NCBI GenBank assembly: GCA_032718475.1
Contig: JAUCBJ010008260.1
Location: 14,623 to 78,622, forward strand
Source: Nemertoderma westbladi
Taxonomy: Eukaryota > Animalia > Xenacoelomorpha
Reading direction: 5' to 3'
DNA length: 64,000 nucleotides
Positions 26,396-38,400 of this stretch are shown one piece after another. The notes under the pieces are model-generated. The model was not told where the DNA came from. It saw only the letters and a list, made by a program, of their open reading frames with translations, and made no database searches. The position numbers and the translations under genes are program-made. Numbering within the stretch: position 1 is the first letter of the stretch; the number at the start of each line of letters is the position of its first letter.

Positions 26396-26420
26396 ACCGG
26401 AAGTGCACCAACCGGAAGTG
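26396..26420 (+). promoter_or_regulatory. Tandem ETS/GABP-type sites (ACCGGAAGTG x2)
   Basis: Two perfect 10-mers at 26396 and 26411 in otherwise AT-rich DNA. Confidence 0.4.
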
Positions 26421-26486
26421 CTATATAACAATAGATAGGTAGATTTATTCGGCAGTGATTCATTCGATTTAATCCCAAGTTAGGCC

Positions 26487-29400
26487 TCAGGAATGTAACC
26501 AGTACGTCGGTACCCATTGGGGTTTGGTTTCTAGTTTTTGCACCGCCGATATCAGCTGTTTCAGACAGACATTGGTATCACTGTGTCTCAGTACTAAGTC
26601 GAACATGTGGCCGTACTTTTCTTCCAACTCGTTCGCCGTCGCTATTATATGTCTAATATTCTCATCCTGGAACACAAAATAAGTTAAATACTTTCTATAA
26701 ATATTTTCACATCCACAGATTGAGTAAATAAATATAATTATAATGTAAAGTTTAAAGACGAATTTGGGATGGGGATGGGACAACCCTTTTGTTTTATTTG
26801 TTTTAAGTTATTACTAACAAACTCAATTTACTTCAAAGTCTTATAATATAGCACTTTATATGATTACAGTGAGAGTTTTGAGCAAAGTGCTATAGCGACA
26901 ATTGTATGACATGATTACTGAAATCCTATCAAATGATCCATTAATATATTCATTAATGATACATATAACATAATATAATGAATAAAGAACGTGTTAGAAT
27001 GGATTATAACTTTATCAACTACAATTTTGTAGTTGGTAATTGTAAAAGTTTATGCGTCCTTCAATGCACATTTAAATTGCCTCCAAGCTCTGTCCCCTAC
27101 TCTGGCCGCGTTATCCATTGGAAAACTCATAAACCAATGTATTTTTCATTTTCTAAATTCTGAATTTCTTTGTCAATCGTGGATTCTACAAATGGCAACT
27201 GCTGATTGGTTGTTGATCAGCAACGAGTATAAGGGCCTGAGATAGTCACATTGCACAGTAGCAGGCTTCTGCTGTATTGTAATTTATGTAATTATTGTTT
27301 GTGGTATCCTAAATATATCAAGATATTTGGAGGCATACTAATATTGGATAACCTCGAATTGTTTGTTCTTCACAGTGAATTCTAGTCGATTGAGTTCAAA
27401 CCTTCTGTTTCAATGCATTGGTGTGGAGTGGATGTGCTATATACTGTAGGCCTATTATTTTGTAGCCCCAACTGGTAGAAATTCATATAAACGTTATTCC
27501 TGAACAAATTACCCAAAGTCAGCAGTTTGTGTCCAACAGTGTATTTGTATTGCAGCCAGAGTTTATATTCCATGTCCCTAAAGGACATGACCGCTGTGAT
27601 CTCTCTTAGCATAATGTTGCGATTGCCATAAGACAAACCTGTTTGATATCTTGAGCACGACACCCTGAACGGAGCTGTTAGTGCATTCCCTGTAAGCTCG
27701 TATTATTGTCAGGAATAATATTATTGCGAGAATTACTACTACTAGGTCGAGCGAACTCGGACAGTGGAAATGAGATCCTTCCAGGCTTCCCGATTCTCCA
27801 TAGTTGTCGCAATTTCGTTTCTCCCAAGTTCAGTATCCCTTTCAAGTTGATCTATATATGTTATGGCAGGTCGTCCACGACTACGCTTTCCATGAGTTGG
27901 TTGCCAGAGAAGTAGATCTGGTATTACCTCGTCTTTACTTCGCCAGCAGTGCCAACTGAATCTTAATCTGCGTTCACGGAGGGTGGTTGATACAGGTGGT
28001 ATTGTACCATAAAGCTCGGCGTTTGTCATGTGTTGTCTCCAGCTGATGTTTAGGGCTGCCTGTAGTCTTGTAGTCTTGTGTAGCAACCATCAATTCGTTG
28101 TTCAAGTGATTTAGTCAGTGTCCAGGTCTCACCCCCGTATAAAAATACACTTTCCACTGTGGCTCGAAAGAACTTAGTCTTCAGGTGCCTGGAGAGATCT
28201 GATTTCCAGATGGTATCCATTTTTGATAGAGCTACCCAAGCCTTTGCTTTCCTAACTTCTATGTCCTTTTTGCTACTCTCTATCCATGATCCAAGGTACT
28301 GGAAGTCATCGACCTTCCTTAGTTGATTATTATCAATGGTTGTCAAGTTTCCATCAACATTAAAGGTCATGAATTCGGTCTTGGTAGCATTTATATACAA
28401 TCCAACCTCCTTAGCAGCCCTCTCCACTTTATTTAGTAGAAGCTGTGCATCTGCTAGCGTATTAGAGAGCAGGGCGATGTCATCCGCAAAGTCGGTGTCT
28501 GTGACTGTAGTTGCCGGATATCTACTACTTCTGCGTTCTTGAAGTGTGAATTCCAGATCTTCACCCTTTGTGGCCGTCCTCATTGCGTAATCCAGCACAA
28601 TTACAAATAGTAATGGTGCTAATGTGTCACCTTGCAGTACGCCAGCCGGGATTGAGAAAAACTGCGCTTCTGTGTCACAATATAACAATCCAATGCCAGC
28701 AACAATTACTTCTGGTATTCCATAAGCTCTTAGGATTTCAAGCATTTTACCTCTATGGATGGAGTCGAATGCCTTCTTGAAGTCCACAAAAGTCATGACT
28801 GCGGGGACATTGTTTGACTTAATTCCTTCAATCAGTCTCCGTAGTGCAAGTATCTGAGCTATTGTTGATCTACTTGGTCGAAATCCGTTTTGGCTCTTAC
28901 GCAGTAGTTTCTCTATGTGAGGCCTAATCTATACCTATAAAAATCAAATTCTGTCTGTCTCTCTCTCTCTCTCTCTGTGTTCGAACTCCTCCAAAACGGG
29001 CAGAGGGATTGCGCTGGAACTTGGCATGTGTGTATAACATTAACCAGCGGTCGTCATAGGCCACTTTTCGAAAAGTTTAATTCACGTTCGGTACCGGTAC
29101 TGGGTACCGGTACGTCAGTAGGCCTATACCGTTACCAGTACGTCAGTAGGCCTATGCCGGTAGCGGGAAATACCGGGTAACATGCCTCGGGTATAGCCTG
29201 CTAGTATGATATAAACACTAAACATATATGTAGTACTGTACTGTGTGGCTAAGTTAATATGATATAAACATTAAACATACAGTACTGTGTAGATTAGACC
29301 TGGCTAGTCCTATATAAAATCATTTTATTGTATATTTTGGCAGCTACCACAAGCAGACAGATCCCACTTCGACTGAAATTAATCGACTGAAAACCCTGGG

Positions 29401-32400
29401 ACCTATTGTATAGACTACCTTTGGGTCATTCGCCGCGCGAGTTTGATTTATATTTTGAAAAAAACTGGTAAATTTTACTAAGAATTCCAATGTTACACAA
29501 ATTGTTTGTTAGTAAAATTGTGAACTTACCCCCATGGCTTCACCCGCTCGAGCTCGTAACAACTTCAACTCAGTGAAACTAGGGGGCGCTATGTAGACAA
29601 AGAAAGGCATCAAATCGGTCGACTTTAGTTTCTTCATCGACTGAAAAAATGAGTCGGAAATCAGATGAAATTAAATGTGAAAAACGTAAATTAGAATGAA
29701 ACGCGATGGTGAAAACTAATAGAGAAATATAATCATAACCTACATAATTAATTAAAAATAACAAAATTAAATAAATTATATAAATTTTAATTTGTAATAA
29801 AAATTAAAATTATTTAAATGAATTTAAATTTAATAATGATAGGCCGAAATATAAATATAATAAATGTGATCAAAACCAAATAATGTGCAAATGATTTATA
29901 TTATTTTTTATGCTTATTTTATGTTACAATAATAATTAGTGATGAATAATATGGCACAAGTTTATGATTATTTAAAAACAAAATAATATTATTGCAAATT
30001 ATTAAAAACATAATATATTTTTCCATGTACGTGTAGATTAATAATACGCATTATATTTTTACCTCTGGGTTTAGGATAATAAAGCTTTATACTGACCTCG
30101 GGCTCGGAGTTCAGGTAAATAAAGCTTTATATTGACCTCCGGGTTTAGATTAATAAAACTCTACTCCATAGCTCTATATTTACCTCTGTGATTATGTTAA
30201 ATAAAGCTCTATATTTACCTCTGGGTTTATGTAAATAAAGCTCTATATTTACCTCTGGGTTTATGTAAATAAAGCTCTATATTTACCTCTGTGATTATGT
30301 TAAAAAAAGCTCTATATTTACCTCTGGTTTTATGTAAATAAAGCTCTATATTTACCTCTGGGTTTATGTAAATAAAGCTCTATATTTACCTCTGGGTTTA
30401 TGTAAATAAAGCTCTATATTTACCTCTGGGTTTATGTAAATAAAGCTCTATATTTACCTCTGGGTTTATGTAAATAAAGCTCTATATTTACCTCTGGATA
30501 TATATAAATAAAGCTCTATATTTACCTCTGGATTTAGGTAAATAAAGCTCTATATTTACCTCTGGGTTTATGCAAATAAAGCTCTATATTTACCTCTGGG
30601 TTTATGTAAATAAAGCTTTATAATTACCTCTGGGTTTATGTAAATAAAGCTTTATATTTACCTCTGGGTTTAGGTAAATAAAGCTCTACATTTACCTCTG
30701 GGTTTAGGTAAATAAAGCTCTACATTTACCTCTGGGTTTATGTAAATAAAGCTTTATATTTACCTCTGGGTTTATGTAAATAAAGCTTTATATTTACCTC
30801 GGAGTTTAGGTAAATAAAGCTCTATATTTACCTCTGGATTTAGGTAAATAAAGCTCTATATTTACCTCTGGATTTAGGTAAATAAAGCTCTATATTTACC
30901 TCTGGATATATATAAATAAAGCTCTATATTTACCTCTGGATTTAGGTAAATAAAGCTCTACATTTACCTCTGGGTTTAGGTAAATAAAGCTCTACATTTA
31001 CCTCTGGGTTTATGTAAATAAAGCTTTATATTTACCTCTGGGTTTATGTAAATAAAGCTTTATATTTACCTCGGAGTTTAGGTAAATAAAGCTCTATATT
31101 TACCTCTGGATTTAGGTAAATAAAGCTCTATATTTACCTCTGGTTTTATGTAAATAAAGCTCTATATTTACCTCTGGGTTTATGTAAATAAAGCTCTATA
31201 TTTACCTCTGGGTTTATGTAAATAAAGCTCTATATTTACCTCTGGATTTAGGTAAATAAAGCTCTACATTTACCTCTGGGTTTATGTAAATAAAGCTCTA
31301 TAATTACCTCTGGGTTTAGGTAAATAAAGCTCTACATTTACCTCTGGGTTTATGTAAATAAAGCTCTATATTTACCTCTGGATTTAGGTAAATAAAGCTC
31401 TATATTTACCTCTGGGTTTAGGTAAATAAAGCTCTATATTTACCTCTGGGTTTATGTAAATAAAGCTCTATATTTACCTCTGGGTTTATATAAATAAAGC
31501 TCTATATTTACCTCTGGATTTAGGTAAATAAAGCTCTATATTTACCTCTGGGTTTAGGTAAATAAAGCTCTACATTTACCTCTGGGTTTATGTAAATAAA
31601 GCTCTATATTTACCTCTGGATTTAGGTAAATAAAGCTCTACATTTACCTCTGGGTTTATGTAAATAAAGCTCTATATTTACCTCTGACCTCTGGGTTTAT
31701 GTAAATAAAGCTCTATATTTACCTCTGGGTTTAGGTAAATAAAGCTCTATATTTACCTCTGGGTTTATGTAAATAAAGCTCTATATTTACCTCTGGGTTT
31801 ATGTAAATAAAGCTCTATATTTACCTCTGGGTTTATGTAAATAAAGCTCTACATTTACCTCTGGGTTTATGTAAAAAAAAGCTCTATATTTACCTCTGGG
31901 TTTATATAAATAAAGCTCTATATTTACCTCTGGGTTTATGTAAATAAAGCTCTATATTTACCTCTGGGTTTATGTAAATAAAGCTCTATATTTACCTCTG
32001 GGTTTATGTAAATAAAGCTCTATATTTACCTCTGGGTTTAGGTAAATAAAGCTCTATATTTACCTCTGGGTTTATGTAAATAAAGCTCTATATTTACCTC
32101 TGGGTTTATGTAAATAAAGCTCTATATTTACCTCTGGGTTTATGTAAATAAAGCTCTATATTTACCTCTGGGTTTAGGTAAATAAAGCTCTATATTTACC
32201 TCTGGGTTTATGTAAATAAAGCTCTATATTTACCTCTGGGTTTATGTAAATAAAGCTCTATATTTACCTCTGGGTTTATGTAAATAAAGCTCTATATTTA
32301 CCTCTGGGTTTAGGTAAATAAAGCTCTACATTTACCTCTGGGTTTATGTAAATAAAGCTCTATATTTACCTCTGGGTTTAGGTAAATAAAGCTCTATATT

Positions 32401-35400
32401 TACCTCTGGGTTTATGTAAATAAAGCTCTATATTTACCTCTGGGTTTATATAAATAAAGCTCTATATTTACCTCTGGATTTAGGTAAATAAAGCTCTACA
32501 TTTACCTCTGGGTTTATGTAAATAAAGCTCTACATTTACCTCTGGGTTTATGTAAATAAAGCTCTATATTTACCTCTGGGTTTAGGTAAATAAAGCTCTA
32601 TATTTACCTCTGGGTTTATGTAAATAAAGCTCTATATTTACCTCTGGGTTTATGTAAATAAAGCTCTATATTTACCTCTGGATTTAGGTAAATAAAGCTC
32701 TATATTTACCTCTGGGTTTAGGTAAATAAAGCTCTATATTTACCTCTGGGTTTATGTAAATAAAGCTCTATATTTACCTCTGGGTTTATATAAATAAAGC
32801 TCTATATTTACCTCTGGATTTAGGTAAATAAAGCTCTATATTTACCTCTGGGTTTAGGTAAATAAAGCTCTATATTTACCTCTGGGTTTATGTAAATAAA
32901 GCTCTATATTTACCTCTGGGTTTATATAAGTAAAGCTCTATATTTACCTCTGGATTTAGGTAAATAAAGCTCTATATTTACCTCTGGGTTTATGTAAATA
33001 AAGCTCTATATTTACCTCTGGATTTAGGTAAATAAAGCTCTATATTTACCTCTGGGTTTAGGTAAATAAAGCTCTATATTTACCTCTGGGTTTATGTAAA
33101 TAAAGCTCTATATTTACCTCTGGGTTTATATAAATAAAGCTCTATATTTACCTCTGGGTTTATGTAAATAAAGCTCTATATTTACCTCTGGTTTTATGTA
33201 AATAAAGCTCTATATTTACCTCTGGGTTTATATAAATAAAGCTCTATATTTACCTCTGGATTTAGGTAAATAAAGCTCTATATTTACCTCTGGGTTTATG
33301 TAAATAAAGCTCTATATTTACCTCTGGGTTTAGGTAAATAAAGCTCTATATTTACCTCTGGGTTTATGTAAATAAAGCTCTATATTTACCTCTGGGTTTA
33401 TATAAATAAAGCTCTATATTTACCTCTGGGTTTATGTAAATAAAGCTCTATATTTACCTCTGGGTTTATGTAAATAAAGCTCTATATTTACCTCTGGGTT
33501 TATATAAATAAAGCTCTATATTGACCTCTGGGTTTATGTAAATAAAGCTCTATAATTACCTCTGGTTTTATGTAAATAAAGCTCTATATTTACCTCTGGG
33601 TTTATATAAATAACGCTCTATATTTACCTCTGGGTTTATGTAAATAAAGCTCTATATTTACCTCTGGGTTTATGTAAAAAAAAGCTCTATATTTACCTCT
33701 GGGTTTATATAAATAAAGCTCTATATTTACCTCTGGGTTTATGTAAATAAAGCTCTATATTTACCTCTGGGTTTATGTAAATAAAGCTCTAAATTTACCT
33801 CTGGGTTTATGTAAATAAAGCTCTATATTTACCTCTGGATTTAGGTAAATAAAGCTCTATATTTACCTCTGGGTTTATGTAAATAAAGCTCTATATTTAC
33901 CTCTGGGTTTATGTAAATAAAGCTTTATAATTACCTCTGGGTTTATGTAAATAAAGCTTTATATTTACCTCTGGGTTTAGGTAAATAAAGCTCTACATTT
34001 ACCTCTGGGTTTAGGTAAATAAAGCTCTACATTTACCTCTGGGTTTATGTAAATAAAGCTTTATATTTACCTCTGGGTTTATGTAAATAAAGCTTTATAT
34101 TTACCTCGGAGTTTAGGTAAATAAAGCTCTATATTTACCTCTGGATTTAGGTAAATAAAGCTCTATATTTACCTCTGGATTTAGGTAAATAAAGCTCTAT
34201 ATTTACCTCTGGATATATATAAATAAAGCTCTATATTTACCTCTGGATTTAGGTAAATAAAGCTCTACATTTACCTCTGGGTTTAGGTAAATAAAGCTCT
34301 ACATTTACCTCTGGGTTTATGTAAATAAAGCTTTATATTTACCTCTGGGTTTATGTAAATAAAGCTTTATATTTACCTCGGAGTTTAGGTAAATAAAGCT
34401 CTATATTTACCTCTGGATTTAGGTAAATAAAGCTCTATATTTACCTCTGGTTTTATGTAAATAAAGCTCTATATTTACCTCTGGGTTTATGTAAATAAAG
34501 CTCTATATTTACCTCTGGGTTTATGTAAATAAAGCTCTATATTTACCTCTGGATTTAGGTAAATAAAGCTCTACATTTACCTCTGGGTTTATGTAAATAA
34601 AGCTCTATAATTACCTCTGGGTTTAGGTAAATAAAGCTCTACATTTACCTCTGGGTTTATGTAAATAAAGCTCTATATTTACCTCTGGATTTAGGTAAAT
34701 AAAGCTCTATATTTACCTCTGGGTTTAGGTAAATAAAGCTCTATATTTACCTCTGGGTTTATGTAAATAAAGCTCTATATTTACCTCTGGGTTTATATAA
34801 ATAAAGCTCTATATTTACCTCTGGATTTAGGTAAATAAAGCTCTATATTTACCTCTGGGTTTAGGTAAATAAAGCTCTACATTTACCTCTGGGTTTATGT
34901 AAATAAAGCTCTATATTTACCTCTGGATTTAGGTAAATAAAGCTCTACATTTACCTCTGGGTTTATGTAAATAAAGCTCTATATTTACCTCTGGGTTTAT
35001 GTAAATAAAGCTCTATATTTACCTCTGGGTTTAGGTAAATAAAGCTCTATATTTACCTCTGGGTTTATGTAAATAAAGCTCTATATTTACCTCTGGGTTT
35101 ATGTAAATAAAGCTCTATATTTACCTCTGGGTTTATGTAAATAAAGCTCTACATTTACCTCTGGGTTTATGTAAAAAAAAGCTCTATATTTACCTCTGGG
35201 TTTATATAAATAAAGCTCTATATTTACCTCTGGGTTTATGTAAATAAAGCTCTATATTTACCTCTGGGTTTATGTAAATAAAGCTCTATATTTACCTCTG
35301 GGTTTATGTAAATAAAGCTCTATATTTACCTCTGGGTTTAGGTAAATAAAGCTCTATATTTACCTCTGGGTTTATGTAAATAAAGCTCTATATTTACCTC

Positions 35401-38400
35401 TGGGTTTATGTAAATAAAGCTCTATATTTACCTCTGGGTTTATGTAAATAAAGCTCTATATTTACCTCTGGGTTTAGGTAAATAAAGCTCTATATTTACC
35501 TCTGGGTTTATGTAAATAAAGCTCTATATTTACCTCTGGGTTTATGTAAATAAAGCTCTATATTTACCTCTGGGTTTATGTAAATAAAGCTCTATATTTA
35601 CCTCTGGGTTTAGGTAAATAAAGCTCTACATTTACCTCTGGGTTTATGTAAATAAAGCTCTATATTTACCTCTGGGTTTAGGTAAATAAAGCTCTATATT
35701 TACCTCTGGGTTTATGTAAATAAAGCTCTATATTTACCTCTGGGTTTATATAAATAAAGCTCTATATTTACCTCTGGATTTAGGTAAATAAAGCTCTACA
35801 TTTACCTCTGGGTTTATGTAAATAAAGCTCTACATTTACCTCTGGGTTTATGTAAATAAAGCTCTATATTTACCTCTGGGTTTAGGTAAATAAAGCTCTA
35901 TATTTACCTCTGGGTTTATGTAAATAAAGCTCTATATTTACCTCTGGGTTTATGTAAATAAAGCTCTATATTTACCTCTGGATTTAGGTAAATAAAGCTC
36001 TATATTTACCTCTGGGTTTAGGTAAATAAAGCTCTATATTTACCTCTGGGTTTATGTAAATAAAGCTCTATATTTACCTCTGGGTTTATATAAATAAAGC
36101 TCTATATTTACCTCTGGATTTAGGTAAATAAAGCTCTATATTTACCTCTGGGTTTAGGTAAATAAAGCTCTATATTTACCTCTGGGTTTATGTAAATAAA
36201 GCTCTATATTTACCTCTGGGTTTATATAAGTAAAGCTCTATATTTACCTCTGGATTTAGGTAAATAAAGCTCTATATTTACCTCTGGGTTTATGTAAATA
36301 AAGCTCTATATTTACCTCTGGATTTAGGTAAATAAAGCTCTATATTTACCTCTGGGTTTAGGTAAATAAAGCTCTATATTTACCTCTGGGTTTATGTAAA
36401 TAAAGCTCTATATTTACCTCTGGGTTTATATAAATAAAGCTCTATATTTACCTCTGGGTTTATGTAAATAAAGCTCTATATTTACCTCTGGTTTTATGTA
36501 AATAAAGCTCTATATTTACCTCTGGGTTTATATAAATAAAGCTCTATATTTACCTCTGGATTTAGGTAAATAAAGCTCTATATTTACCTCTGGGTTTATG
36601 TAAATAAAGCTCTATATTTACCTCTGGGTTTAGGTAAATAAAGCTCTATATTTACCTCTGGGTTTATGTAAATAAAGCTCTATATTTACCTCTGGGTTTA
36701 TATAAATAAAGCTCTATATTTACCTCTGGGTTTATGTAAATAAAGCTCTATATTTACCTCTGGGTTTATGTAAATAAAGCTCTATATTTACCTCTGGGTT
36801 TATATAAATAAAGCTCTATATTGACCTCTGGGTTTATGTAAATAAAGCTCTATAATTACCTCTGGTTTTATGTAAATAAAGCTCTATATTTACCTCTGGG
36901 TTTATATAAATAACGCTCTATATTTACCTCTGGGTTTATGTAAATAAAGCTCTATATTTACCTCTGGGTTTATGTAAAAAAAAGCTCTATATTTACCTCT
37001 GGGTTTATATAAATAAAGCTCTATATTTACCTCTGGGTTTATGTAAATAAAGCTCTATATTTACCTCTGGGTTTATGTAAATAAAGCTCTAAATTTACCT
37101 CTGGGTTTATGTAAATAAAGCTCTATATTTACCTCTGGGTTTATGTAAATAAAGCTCTATATTTACCTCTGGGTTTATGTAAATAAAGCTCTACATTTAC
37201 CTCTGGGTTTATGTAAAAAAAAGCTCTATATTTACCTCTGGGTTTATATAAATAAAGCTCTATATTTACCTCTGGGTTTATGTAAATAAAGCTCTATATT
37301 TACCTCTGGGTTTATGCAAATAAAGCTCTATATTTACCTCTGGGTTTATGTAAAAAAAGCTCTATATTTACCTCTGGGTTTATATAAATAAAGCTCTATA
37401 ATTACCTCTGGTTTTATGTAAATAAAGCTCTATATTTACCTCTGGGTTTATATAAATAACGCTCTATATTTACCTCTGGGTTTATGTAAATAAAGCTCTA
37501 TATTTACCTCTGGATTTAGGTAAATAAAGCTCTATATTTACCTCTGGTTTTATGTAAATAAAGCTCTATATTTACCTCTGGGTTTATGTAAATAAAGCTC
37601 TATATTTACCTCTGGGTTTATGTAAATAAAGCTCTATATTTACCTCTGGATTTAGGTAAATAAAGCTCTACATTTACCTCTGGGTTTATGTAAATAAAGC
37701 TCTATAATTACCTCTGGGTTTAGGTAAATAAAGCTCTACATTTACCTCTGGGTTTATGTAAATAAAGCTCTATATTTACCTCTGGATTTAGGTAAATAAA
37801 GCTCTATATTTACCTCTGGGTTTAGGTAAATAAAGCTCTATATTTACCTCTGGGTTTATGTAAATAAAGCTCTATATTTACCTCTGGGTTTATATAAATA
37901 AAGCTCTATATTTACCTCTGGATTTAGGTAAATAAAGCTCTATATTTACCTCTGGGTTTAGGTAAATAAAGCTCTACATTTACCTCTGGGTTTATGTAAA
38001 TAAAGCTCTATATTTACCTCTGGATTTAGGTAAATAAAGCTCTACATTTACCTCTGGGTTTATGTAAATAAAGCTCTATATTTACCTCTGGGTTTATGTA
38101 AATAAAGCTCTATATTTACCTCTGGGTTTAGGTAAATAAAGCTCTATATTTACCTCTGGGTTTATGTAAATAAAGCTCTATATTTACCTCTGGGTTTATG
38201 TAAATAAAGCTCTATATTTACCTCTGGGTTTATGTAAATAAAGCTCTACATTTACCTCTGGGTTTATGTAAATAAAGCTCTATATTTACCTCTGGGTTTA
38301 TGTAAATAAAGCTCTATATTTACCTCTGGGTTTATGTAAGCTCTATATTTACCTCTGGGTTTATGTAAATAAAGCTCTATATTTACCTCTGGGTTTATGT

